Shown piece by piece: positions 1-10,184 of a stretch of DNA of 64,000 nucleotides (its first letter is position 1; each line of letters starts with the position of its first letter). The notes under the pieces were generated by a model that was given only the letters and a program-made list of their open reading frames with translations, was not told where the DNA came from and made no database searches. The position numbers were made by a program, and so were the translations under genes. Source of the DNA: an uncultured Acidobacteriota bacterium (lineage in GTDB: Bacteria > Acidobacteriota > Blastocatellia > RBC074); assembly GCA_963796275.1 (NCBI GenBank), contig CAWCKY010000006.1, positions 1,664,001 to 1,728,000 of the forward strand, written 5' to 3'.

Positions 1-2
1 GC

Positions 3-1163
3 TTGGGGCTTTTTGAAAAACCATACACGGACGAGGCCCGCGAGAAGACGCTCCTTCTTAGCCGTGAACATGCGGCGGCCGCGCGCGAGATTGCGGCGCG
101 TTCGATCGTGCTCTTAAAGAATGAGCGCGATCTTTTACCGCTCGACCAAGGAATCAAATCGATCGCCGTGATCGGCCCGCTCGCCGATAACCAGGTGGAT
201 ATGATGGGATCGTGGACGGGTGACGGGAGGAGTGAAGACGTGGTGACGCTGCTCGCGGGGATCAAGGCTAGGGTATCGCCTTCGACTAAGATCAATTACG
301 TCAAAGGATGCGAGATCGACGGGGAGGCCACAGATGGCATCGCCGAGGCGGTGAAAAGCGCGCGCGCATCCGATGTCGCGATTATTGCCGTCGGAGAATC
401 GGCTGGGATGAGCGGGGAGGCGGCCTCGCGGACCTCGCTCGATCTGCCCGGGCGCCAGTTGGAACTGATCAAAGCGGTGCAAGCGACTGGCAAGCCAGTC
501 GTGGTCGTGCTGATGAACGGACGGCCGCTGGCAATAGAATGGATCGCCGGGAACGTCCCGGCAATCCTGGAGACGTGGTTTGCGGGAACGCAGGGCGGCA
601 ATGCAATTGCAGATGTGTTGTTCGGCGATGTCAATCCGGGCGGCAAACTGCCCGTGACCTTTCCCCGCAATGTCGGGCAGGTGCCGATCTATTACAATCA
701 CAAGCAGACGGGGAGACCGCCGGATGCTAAGAACAAATACACTTCGAAGTATCTCGATGCGCCCTGGACGCCGCTCTTCCCGTTCGGTTATGGACTGAGC
801 TATACGCAGTTCAAATTGACAGATCTTCGACTGAGCGCTGAGCGCACTACGCCGGCCGGCAGTTTGACCGTGAGCGTAGAGCTTGAGAATATCGGCAAGC
901 GCGCGGGAGACGAGGTGGTGCAGCTTTATATTCGCGATCTCGCTGCGAGCGTGACCAGGCCCGTCAAAGAATTGAAGGGGTTTCAACGCATCACGCTGCG
1001 CAGCGGAGAGAAGCGGCGCGTTGAATTTACCCTTAGTGCGGAACACCTCGGCTTCTGGAATCGGGAGAACAAGTTTGCCGTGGAGCCGGGGATGTTCAAG
1101 GTGATGGTCGGCAGTAACTCGGTCGATTTGCTCGAGGCTAACTTTGAGGTTGTCGAGAAGTAG
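3..1163 (+). CDS. bglX: GH3 beta-glucosidase, C-terminal part (5' end outside window)
   Basis: SIVLLKN, AVIGPLAD, SGEAASRT, NPGGKLPVTFP, PFGYGLSYT and Fn3-like DEVVQLY..RPVKELKGF motifs. Confidence 0.93.
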   Translation: MGLFEKPYTDEAREKTLLLSREHAAAAREIAARSIVLLKNERDLLPLDQGIKSIAVIGPLADNQVDMMGSWTGDGRSEDVVTLLAGIKARVSPSTKINYVKGCEIDGEATDGIAEAVKSARASDVAIIAVGESAGMSGEAASRTSLDLPGRQLELIKAVQATGKPVVVVLMNGRPLAIEWIAGNVPAILETWFAGTQGGNAIADVLFGDVNPGGKLPVTFPRNVGQVPIYYNHKQTGRPPDAKNKYTSKYLDAPWTPLFPFGYGLSYTQFKLTDLRLSAERTTPAGSLTVSVELENIGKRAGDEVVQLYIRDLAASVTRPVKELKGFQRITLRSGEKRRVEFTLSAEHLGFWNRENKFAVEPGMFKVMVGSNSVDLLEANFEVVEK

Positions 1164-1203
1164 AAGTATCTTGCCCCCTATCATTTATACCACCAACGTT
1201 AAT

Positions 1204-2536
1204 ATGCAATATATAACAAAGATCGCTTATCTCACCGCGACCATCGTTATCAGCCTGCTCCTTCGGGTCAACGTAACCCCGCAACAACGGTCTCCGCTTT
1301 CAGCAAGTGACCACGCATTTCTGGAAGATCTGTCGCATCGCTCGTTCCGATATTTCTGGGAGCAGGCAGTATCCCAAAACCGGCCTCGTACGCGATCGCT
1401 CGCGGGTCGACGGTTCTCCCTCGAGCGAAAATCATAGGAATGTCGCCAGCATAGCCGCAACCGGATTCGGGCTCACAGGGTTGTGCATTGCCGCCGAGCG
1501 CAAATGGATCAAACCGGAAGAGGCGCGCGAGCGCGTGCGCGCAACCTTGCGTTTCTTCGCCGATACTGCGACACACAAAGAGGGATGGTTTTACCATTGG
1601 ATGGATTGGCGTACAGGTGAACGGGTCTGGCGGAGCGAAATATCTTCCATCGACACCACTCTTCTGCTCGGGGGAGTACTGACGGCTCGCAGTTATTTTC
1701 GCGGCGACGCCGAGATCGTCCGCCTGGCGACGGAAATCTACGACCGGATTAATTTCCGATGGATGCTGAACTCCCACCCGCAGCTTCTCTCGCACGGCTG
1801 GAGACCGGAGGAAGGGTTTATCACGCATAGGTGGGCGGATTACAGTGAAAATGCCATGCTATACCTGCTAGCAATCGGCGCGCCAAATAACAATATAGCG
1901 CCGGAATCCTGGTATGCCTGGAAACGAAGCTGGATTAACTATGGTAAGTACAAATTTCTCAGCGGGGGAGCCCCCCTCTTTATTCATCAATACTCGCACG
2001 CCTGGGTCGATTTTCGCGGATTAAGGGAAAACAGACCCCCTCACGTCGACTATTTCGCCAATTCGATAGACGCAACCTATGCCCACCGCGCATTCTGCAT
2101 CGACCTCGCTCAGGAGTTTCCCGGTTATTCCTCGAATATCTGGGGCATCACGGCATCTGACAGCGCCAAAGGGTACATCGCATGGGGTGGTCCGCCGCGC
2201 CACGAGAGTATTGATGGCAGTGTTGTGCCTTGCGCAGCCGGCGGCTCACTAATGTTTACCCCGGAGATCGCGCTTCCAGCGCTGCGCGCGATGCGCGAAA
2301 AGTTCGGCGAAAAAATATATGGCCGTTACGGTTTCACCGATGCATTCAATCCTAATACCGGGTGGATTAATCCGGATGTGATCGGAATCGATGTTGGCAT
2401 CACACTCCTCAGCGCCGAGAATTTACGAACCTCGAATGTCTGGAAATGGTTTATGCGGAATAAAGAGATCGGTCGCGCCATGAATTTGGTCGGACTGGTT
2501 CCCGCTAAATCGACCAGCATAAAGAAACGAGATTGA
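1204..2536 (+). CDS. Secreted glucoamylase-like (PF10091-type) / GH144-like endo-beta-1,2-glucanase; +1 frameshift near 1369
   Basis: Signal peptide from ATG 1204 (MQYITKIAYL...FRYFWEQA) joins PKTGLVRDRS..SIAATGFGL..SSIDT..PLFIHQYSH..WGITASD..YGFTDAFN..IGIDVG after removing one extra base in gcagtatccc. Confidence 0.82.
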
Positions 2537-2692
2537 TAATCGACAGCCCTGCCACTTTAATAACAATCAATTCTCAATTCACAATTTTCAATCCTCTTCG
2601 TAAGTGTTGAGGTAATTGTCACTCAGCCGTGACCGTAAGTCCCTCAAATCGACACAATTTGAGTGATTCCTGTTTCCCCTTTTTTCATCAGT

Positions 2693-2772
2693 GTAACCGT
2701 AAAAATAACAGTTATTGTAACCGTAATGATAACAGTAAGACGATTGACTCCGAGGCAGGGTTCAGGTTAGTT
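2693..2772 (+). promoter_or_regulatory. Four direct repeats RTAACMGTWA (12-bp period) followed by TTGACT -35 box
   Basis: gtaaccgtaa 2693, ataacagtta 2705, gtaaccgtaa 2717, ataacagtaa 2729; TTGACT at 2744; weak -10. Confidence 0.6.
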
Positions 2773-3042
2773 AACGTCAGATGACGTAATAGGAGAAACA
2801 AACGGTCTAGTAACTTTGAACTTGAAATACCCAGGCATTACTTTCAAGTCAACGAATCTTCTAATTAGTGACTAGTCCTCATTAATCTGTAATTTGTATC
2901 TTCAGGAGCCTCACTTCAAGGTGGGATGGGAAAATGCGTGACTAAGGTGGTTTCCGATTCTTCGGGGGCAATTTCATATTATTTGATTGAAATTGTTCTT
3001 TACATCTTTGTGCCCGCAATAAAGAAGTAAATATAAGCTGGA

Positions 3043-4414
3043 GTGATGTTTATGATTACAGAACTAGGCAAAAGGTGTAAATCCAGCCGCGCCTTACAAA
3101 TCAAAACCTCTCAGGTTCCAACACATGCCGAAATCCGTCAGGCGATGGATCGCCTTCTCAGCAACAAGCGATTCGCCAACGCGCCAATGAAGCGAAGATT
3201 CATACAGTTAATCTGCAAAGCTTACCTCGACGGACGAGCGGAGGAGCTCAATGAATATATGATCGGTTGCGAGGTGTTCGGCCGCGATAATAGTTATAGC
3301 CCCGCTCTCGACCCCATCGTGCGCGTGGGGGCTCACGAGCTGCGTAAAAAACTCGAGAGTTATTATAAGGATGAGGGGAAAAATGATGAAATTCTGCTCG
3401 ATGTTCCGGTTGGAAGCTATATACCGGTTTTCACCCGGCGGGCACAAACACCGGAGATGGCTGAGATTCCGAAAATCGACCCGCCATATCCTATCCCTAT
3501 CAATGACAGCAATAAACTCAGGCAGATAATTATTAGAATTGGATTGTGCGTTTTGGTATCGGCGATGATGATACTTGTCTATTTCAACTGGCAGCTACGC
3601 CAGCAGATAAAGAAAGAAGCCGCCCATAAGAAAGCGACGGAGGTCTATAGCAAGTATCTGGGGCGGATTACTCAAAGAGGCGAATCCTGCCTTACTGGTT
3701 TTGAGTAATCCTCCGGTATATCGTTTTGGTAAAACGGCAGATCGGTTAGCGGGACCTTACGCCGATTTAACCGAAGCAGAATCAAAAGTAATGGAAGAGA
3801 TATTTATGCGTGAGAGGCTGGTTATCAAGAACTGGACTTCGCATCGGCTTATGCTCTCCTATGACGAGCATACGAGCATCGGGGAGACCATCGGGCTTTT
3901 CCGGATCGCCAGCATGTTCAACAAGATGGGGAAAAATTTAGTCCTCAAACAGAGCCGGACGGTGAGTGCCGAAGACCTGAAGAACCATGATTCGATACTA
4001 CTGGGAAGCGGCTGGGTGAATGAATGGCAGGAATCGATGCCGGTAAGGAAATGTTTCACTTCCGGCGCCGGCGCGGCCATAATCAATCATAACCTTCCTC
4101 CAGGGCAGAAACAAAAATACGCTGCAAGGTATGATGAAGAGACCGGGCGGCTGATTGAGGATTACGCAGTGATCACCGTCAAACCCGGCATCTCTGAGAG
4201 AAAAACATTGATCGTGCTGGCCGGTATGCACAGCGCAGGAACTCAGGCGGCGGCAGAGTACTTAACAGATGAAGAATATCTGGCTGACCTCAACAGGCGG
4301 TTACTCGCATTAAGTGACACTTTCCCGCGGTACTTTCAAGTATTGCTCAGAGTCTCCGTTGACAACGGAACACCAACCAAAATCTCGGTAGAGAAAGTCC
4401 GAGAATTCAATTGA
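3043..4414 (+). CDS. Membrane-anchored one-component regulator (N-terminal wHTH-like domain, one TM, periplasmic domain); +1 frameshift near 3652
   Basis: LNEYMIGCEVFGR..DPIVRV..LRKKLESYY..PVGSYIPVF N-domain typical of Acidobacterial regulators; TM IGLCVLVSAMMILVYF; frame continues SIWGGLL..LVLSNP..KQSR..LLGS..DYAVI..AGTQAAAEY. Confidence 0.75.
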
Positions 4415-4504
4415 ACACTACATATCACCGCAGAAATACAATCTGACCAACATTATTGAGCTTCAGGCAATCGGTTTAACAATGATTGTCTGCATCGATT
4501 CCGC

Positions 4505-4860
4505 TTCATCGCGACGCTATGGCTGTAACCCGGCGTTTCAACGCCTTGTTATGCCCAAACTTTCGCACCCGGACCAGGCACAATGAAAGGAAGATTTCGT
4601 ACTTCAGAACTCCATCCAGCATCCCTGCCGGGTGCGATGTGAGCACTCACAGCTACCGGTGGTTCCGCTGCGCTTCACCACCGGCTAATTTCTACCGCCC
4701 TTACCAGGGCGAAAGGCGGTGATCGCGAATCGCAAAGATTGGGTAATGACAAGGGGTTGAAACCCACGGCTACATACATGCCGTCGCTATGCGACGATGG
4801 ATGCCAGTGCGGGGTTGAAACGCCGGATTAGACTCATCCTGCCGCTACGCGGCAATTCGG
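4505..4860. repeat. Cluster of REP-like palindromes
   Basis: Hairpins such as tcgcgacgctatggctgtaacc, cgcccttaccagggcg, gggttgaaacccacggcta, cgtcgctatgcgacg; related copies at 23745-23895. Confidence 0.6.
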
Positions 4861-4995
4861 CATGGGCGTTAAACGACCAAACCGAATGTCAATAAACAGG
4901 TGACTGTATTCTGGAGAAGATGTTGTCTACTCTCAACTTCATTCTTTGCTGTGTCAGTTGGCTTAATTTTGCGTTTCATTCGGTTACATTCCTAT

Positions 4996-5129
4996 ATAAC
5001 GAGTTATATAACGGTTATCTCGGGCCTATTACCTGTCTCATTACGTGCTATTCATATTCAATTCCGAGGCGGACCATAACGGTAATGTAACCGTAATTGG
5101 GTTGATAGTCGGAATTTCTGTGGTAGGTT
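4996..5129 (+). promoter_or_regulatory. RTAACNGTWA repeats plus TTGATA -35 / TAGGTT -10 upstream of multicopper oxidase
   Basis: ataacggtta 5008, ataacggtaa 5076, gtaaccgtaa 5087; TTGATA at 5102; TGnTAGGTT at 5121-5129. Confidence 0.55.
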
Positions 5130-5330
5130 GGCTTTCGATAAGAAAGATTGCTTGAGCTACTTTCGCTGAAGCTACTTTCGGTTGAGTCCTCAAAATTAGT
5201 AACAGTTTTTACAGACGATGCGCATTTTTGAATGTGATCAGCATATCTCTGTCCATGTACGGGTTCACCTGCACGGACTCGGCAATATCTTGTCAAACCT
5301 TTGACATAACCATACATATAGGAGAGCTCA

Positions 5331-7229
5331 ATGTCAAAAAGACGAAAAAAAAGCAGAAGCAAGAACCAAGACTCCGGGATTACCAGAAGGGAAATGATTA
5401 AACTTGGGTCAGCAGCTGGTGCGGCGACCATTTTAGCCCCAATGGTATTAACATCGAAGAAGTCGACGCCCTTTTCGGTTCTGGCCCAGTCGCCGCCCGC
5501 TGAGCCGATATTATGCGGGGCGACGCCTCCTGCAAGTCCGGCGACCCATCCATTCGTCGATAACTTTACGGCGCCTTTTCCTGCAATACCGACCATTCTA
5601 AACCCCGCACCTAAGAAGCAGGCCAACTTAGCCGGGGGCGAAGCCCCCCGGGCCGATCATCAACGCTGGGAGCAGTTTTTGCCTGACATCCAATACGCTT
5701 TGACAGCGCAGGCAGGGACTCATAGATTCCATACTGACCTGCAGCCGTCTTACATTTGGGGATTTAACGGCAGATATCCCGCTCCGACGGTTCTTAATGC
5801 ATATGGCCACCCGACACTCGTGCGCTTCAGAAACAGCTTGCCGGCGGCCACCACGAGCTTTGGCAGAAGCGAGCTCACGGTCCACCTGCACAATGGACAT
5901 ACGGCGTCGGAGAGCGATGGCTTCGCCGGTGACTTCTTCGGGACGGGGCTGTTCAAGGACAACCATTATGCCAACGCCTATGCCGGCATCGATGCCTTCG
6001 GTGGAAACGGCGATCCGCGCGAAGCCATGCATACTTTCTGGTTTCACGACCACCGCGCTGCTTTCACGGCAAATAACAATTACCTGGGGCTCAATGGGAT
6101 GTATATCGCTTACGACAATAAAGACCCAGGACATGAGTTTCCCACCAATAGCTCGCTCCGGCTGCCTGGTTACTACGGCCTCACCGATTTTCCTATAATA
6201 CTTACCGATAAGAGATTTTGCGCTGCCGCAAACGGGCGCAACGAGATGTTTCAGGTGGTAGGGGCGGGCGCTCCCGGTGGAGACAAATGGGTTGTCAACG
6301 GCAAGATTCAACCCAAGCTCAATGTAACAAGGCGCAAGTATCGCTTCCGGATATTGAATACTGGGCCGGTGAAGACCTGGAACCTAAACGTCGTCAAGCC
6401 CGATGGATCAAACGCGAATATGATTGTCGTCGCCACCGATGCCAACTTCCTGGCTTCGCCTGCAACTGTGACGACCCTTCCGATATTCGTGGCCGAGCGT
6501 TATGACGTGATCATCGACTTCGCCCAGTTCCCGGTCGGCTCCAGAGTCTATATCAAGGAGGCAGCAGCGCAGAATGTCGGCTTTCCGTCGCCCGTACCGT
6601 TGCCGCCCGGTCTCCTTATCGAGAACGTCTTGATGCGGTTTGATGTGGTCTCTAACGCGATTATTCCCGATACGCCGCCGATACCGGCAACGCTGACCCA
6701 ATACCCTCCGATTGTAACTACTAAAAACTTTGAGTGGCAGTTCACATTGGTGAACGGAGTCTTCCTGATCAACGGCCTGCCGTTCGATGCGAACCGGGTC
6801 GATCACGTGGTTTTGAAGGGATCTGCAGAAGAATGGACTCTGAATAATGCCGCAGCCGTGGGTAATTGGACTCATCCGGTGCACATACACTTCGAGGAAG
6901 GAAGGATGCAGTCGCGCCAGATGAGAATCAGCACGCCTCCAGCTCCCGATGTATTCCAGAATATTCCGCTCACTCCGCTCGAGACGGGCAGAAAGGATGT
7001 CTACCCGCTCCTGCCGCAACACAAGGTGAGGCTCAAGATGTGGTTCAGAGACTTCGTCGGGCGGTATCTGATCCACTGCCATAACATGAACCATGAAGAT
7101 GACTTCATGATGGCGAGATGGGATATCGTCGATAACCTGGCCGAATACCGCAGGAAGAAGGAAGAGATCGCGCAAAGACGAAAAGAAGCTGGGCTGCCGG
7201 TCGTGCCGGAGAAGGAGGTGGCGGATTGA
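5331..7229 (+). CDS. Tat-exported three-domain multicopper oxidase (CotA/bilirubin oxidase/McoA-like)
   Basis: Tat motif TRREMIKLG; copper motifs HLH, WFHDH, HPVHIH, HCHNMNHEDDFM; RBS GGAGAG. Confidence 0.92.
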   Translation: MSKRRKKSRSKNQDSGITRREMIKLGSAAGAATILAPMVLTSKKSTPFSVLAQSPPAEPILCGATPPASPATHPFVDNFTAPFPAIPTILNPAPKKQANLAGGEAPRADHQRWEQFLPDIQYALTAQAGTHRFHTDLQPSYIWGFNGRYPAPTVLNAYGHPTLVRFRNSLPAATTSFGRSELTVHLHNGHTASESDGFAGDFFGTGLFKDNHYANAYAGIDAFGGNGDPREAMHTFWFHDHRAAFTANNNYLGLNGMYIAYDNKDPGHEFPTNSSLRLPGYYGLTDFPIILTDKRFCAAANGRNEMFQVVGAGAPGGDKWVVNGKIQPKLNVTRRKYRFRILNTGPVKTWNLNVVKPDGSNANMIVVATDANFLASPATVTTLPIFVAERYDVIIDFAQFPVGSRVYIKEAAAQNVGFPSPVPLPPGLLIENVLMRFDVVSNAIIPDTPPIPATLTQYPPIVTTKNFEWQFTLVNGVFLINGLPFDANRVDHVVLKGSAEEWTLNNAAAVGNWTHPVHIHFEEGRMQSRQMRISTPPAPDVFQNIPLTPLETGRKDVYPLLPQHKVRLKMWFRDFVGRYLIHCHNMNHEDDFMMARWDIVDNLAEYRRKKEEIAQRRKEAGLPVVPEKEVAD

Positions 7230-7885
7230 TGAACAGGAGAGAATTGTTCAGTCACTTCGCGAGCGAGAAGCCATCCTTCGTGCCGCATCCGGCATCATTG
7301 GGGGCAGGGCATTTCACAAATGCTCTGCTCCGCACCCATGATGATAAGCAAGTCAAGTTCTACGATGACATGATCAGAGGCAAACAGGTGATAATCAATA
7401 TGATGTATGCCTCCTGCCAGGGCGCCTGCCCGGTTGTTACCTCGAAGCTGATCAAGGTCTACCGGGAGCTTAAAGATCGTATGGGAAATGACCTGTTCAT
7501 GTATTCAATCACCTTGAAACCTGAACAAGACGATCCGGCCGCGCTCAAGCAATTCGCGGAGATGCACCGCGCGTTGCTGCCAGGATGGACCTTCCTGACG
7601 GGCGATCCATATGACATCGAGACCATCCGTTACAGGCTCTTCCGATGGGACCACATAAAGCTTGACGCGGACATCGATTTTCATACGGGGATGCTTCGAA
7701 TAATCAACGACTCGACCAATTGCTGGACCATGGTTACACCCCACGCCAGCATGTTTACGGTACTACAGCACATCTCCTGGGCCAACCCGCAAAAGTCGCT
7801 CGAACAGAGGATCGAGGAGAATAAGGCGGTTCAGGAAAGAATAAACAAGGAAGTCGAGCTTTACGGGTATCGCAAAACGACTTAA
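7229..7885 (+). CDS. SCO1/SenC family copper chaperone
   Basis: CQGAC (CxxxC) motif, SITLKPEQDDP, WTFLTG, conserved His (FHTG); TGATG overlap with oxidase stop. Confidence 0.9.
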   Translation: MNRRELFSHFASEKPSFVPHPASLGAGHFTNALLRTHDDKQVKFYDDMIRGKQVIINMMYASCQGACPVVTSKLIKVYRELKDRMGNDLFMYSITLKPEQDDPAALKQFAEMHRALLPGWTFLTGDPYDIETIRYRLFRWDHIKLDADIDFHTGMLRIINDSTNCWTMVTPHASMFTVLQHISWANPQKSLEQRIEENKAVQERINKEVELYGYRKTT

Positions 7886-8029
7886 CGGCGCGGATGCCAC
7901 AGAGGCACAGAGAGTGAGGAAGACAAGGAGATAAGGATAGAGAAAGGATATTTTTGAAAGTTCTTCTTTTCTATCCTCCGTGCCACTGTGCCTCTGTGGC
8001 TATTCATAAACCATTCAAGGAGGGGCCAC

Positions 8030-8962
8030 ATGAAGCGGCGTGTTTTCATATATTCTCTCGTTTCTGTTTACCTGGCGGCGCACGGAACGGTATTCGGCCA
8101 GAAGGCTTGCGAGTTCGATATTCTTGGAACGTGGAAGACAGAGGGATACGATAGTGCTCACCCCATTCTTTATCGTTTCACGCCGGATGGTAAGGTCGCA
8201 TTACTCGCTCATTCCGGATCGGGAATGAGCGAGATTACCGGCGCAACCTATAAACTGGATAACTCCAAGAAGACAGTATCGATCACCACCACAGGGAATC
8301 TCAGCGGGTTTGAAAAGGGCAATACCACGTTGAAGATCACCGGGTATGATGAAAATTCATTCACCTGCGAAAAGCCCGGCTCAGGCGCAATGCGTTGGGT
8401 CAGGGAGGGCGCTCATCGTTATTTTCTCGTACTCGCCGGCCGCAGTGGAACTTTCTATGATCATAGCGGCCCCACCTTTCCAATGTTGATCAAGCTCGGC
8501 GGGAAGGAGCCTCAAATCGATGCAGTGGGCATTTATTCCGCAGACAACCATGGCGAATTCGGGAAGATCCCGGAGGAAACCTGCAAAGATTTTATGAATG
8601 AGCCGCATAAATCCTCGGAAGTGATGTTGCGGCTCGAGATGTCGGAAGCGGAGTATGAAAGAAGCCTGCATATCGTGCAGACCTGGGAGAGGCGAGCTCG
8701 GGAAGGCGCGCTGCTATACCCTAACGTGTACCTGGATAACATTCTGCTGGTTAAGCAGGTTACCGAGAGTCTCAATCACTGCAGCCAGAAGATCAAGCTA
8801 TACAACCTGGATTGGGGATTGCAAGACACTATCTCTGAACACAACGATCCTTCAATTACACCGTTCCTCTATTTCAAGGAACTACGGCGACTCAATGAAT
8901 CGCTGCACGTCCGAGATCAAAAGTTTAAGAAGTCGTTCGTGTCATTACGATCAACGCACTGA
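8030..8962 (+). CDS. Secreted hypothetical protein (paralog of 9102..10097)
   Basis: RBS AAGGAGG, signal-peptide-like N-terminus, shared blocks with downstream gene (CxFxIxGxWK, WVR..HRYFL, LRLExxEAE, LLY..Y.N, ESL..C..IKL). Confidence 0.8.
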   Translation: MKRRVFIYSLVSVYLAAHGTVFGQKACEFDILGTWKTEGYDSAHPILYRFTPDGKVALLAHSGSGMSEITGATYKLDNSKKTVSITTTGNLSGFEKGNTTLKITGYDENSFTCEKPGSGAMRWVREGAHRYFLVLAGRSGTFYDHSGPTFPMLIKLGGKEPQIDAVGIYSADNHGEFGKIPEETCKDFMNEPHKSSEVMLRLEMSEAEYERSLHIVQTWERRAREGALLYPNVYLDNILLVKQVTESLNHCSQKIKLYNLDWGLQDTISEHNDPSITPFLYFKELRRLNESLHVRDQKFKKSFVSLRSTH

Positions 8963-9101
8963 AGACGAATCTCCTGAGTCCTGAAAGGGCGCCAGCTAAT
9001 AGCCAGTGGTGGAGGGGAGCGAATCAGAGCCTCTGGGAACTGGCGCCCTTTAGGGGGATAGAATCGGACTTCGGCTCAAGAATTTTCTGAGGGATATATC
9101 G

Positions 9102-10097
9102 ATGAAAAGCATTGCCCTTCTCTATTTGCTGATAATCATTTGTCTGGTGCCTGTCGGCGTCGAGCCTGGCAGGTCCGATGCCAAAGAGGGCTGCGCCTTC
9201 AGCATCACCGGCATGTGGAAATCGGATGTAGCACCGGGAAAGGATCCGATTTTTATTAACTTTTTGCCGAACGGGTGGGTCAGACTGGTCGGGTATTCGA
9301 CAGACACTCTTCCCCAAGACTTCGAGATTGTAGCGGAAGTGAAGTACCAGCTTGATAAACCGGCCGCGCCCAAATCCATTGAATTTACCACCGAGCGTGG
9401 GAATGATGTTTTCCCGCCCGGGGTGACCTCGATGGAGATAACCGAATATAGTGATAATAGCTTCACCATGGTAGCTCCTGAATCCGGAGAACCAACACAA
9501 TGGGTGAGAGCGGAGACGCATAGGTATTTCCTCGCGCTCGCCGCAAGCAGCGGATCTGCTCAGACAGGCGGATATGCATTCGCAGTGTGGGCTGCTTTAG
9601 ATGGGCGCGAGGTAGAAGCCGACGCCCTTGGCATTCAAACAGTCAAAAACGCTGCCGGAAAAATGGCGCCTGTCTTCGGGCCTATACCTGCCGAGGTATA
9701 TAACGGAATCGCTGATGAAAGTAACAAGGATAAAGATGGTAAGAAAGATAAGAATGATAAAACCGTGATTCTGCGTTTGGAGTTGACCGAAGCTGAGTTT
9801 GCGCGGACTCACAATGTTTACAGGATGTGGGATAACAACGTGAAGAATCGGACTCTTCTTTACGCTGATCCTTACATGAATGGCCTGGGGCTCTTGAGCA
9901 GTGCTGTCGAAAGTCTCGGTCAATGTAGCGAATTGATTAAACTGCAGAGATTAACTCCAGCTGAACGTGAGAAGATCATTTCCCAACAAAAGCTTCCGCA
10001 GTACCTGGTCGAGTTTATCGCGGAAATGAGGAAAAGGAACGAGGGGCTGCACGTGGCTGATGCAGTTTTCCCCTGGAACTGGCGTCCGATCCTTTAA
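9102..10097 (+). CDS. Secreted hypothetical protein (paralog of 8030..8962)
   Basis: Signal peptide MKSIALLYLLIIICL; same conserved blocks as upstream paralog. Confidence 0.8.
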   Translation: MKSIALLYLLIIICLVPVGVEPGRSDAKEGCAFSITGMWKSDVAPGKDPIFINFLPNGWVRLVGYSTDTLPQDFEIVAEVKYQLDKPAAPKSIEFTTERGNDVFPPGVTSMEITEYSDNSFTMVAPESGEPTQWVRAETHRYFLALAASSGSAQTGGYAFAVWAALDGREVEADALGIQTVKNAAGKMAPVFGPIPAEVYNGIADESNKDKDGKKDKNDKTVILRLELTEAEFARTHNVYRMWDNNVKNRTLLYADPYMNGLGLLSSAVESLGQCSELIKLQRLTPAEREKIISQQKLPQYLVEFIAEMRKRNEGLHVADAVFPWNWRPIL

Positions 10098-10184
10098 CAG
10101 TTATAGCATCGCTTTATTATTTCGTTAGTACTGAAAAAAATCAGTACTATAGGAAAATAACATCAAACCATAAGGAGAAATAGC

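Noticed and set aside
1340-3700. Programmed ribosomal frameshifting in split genes
   Set aside because: No slippery heptamers or stimulatory structures seen; uniform insertion bias fits sequencing error
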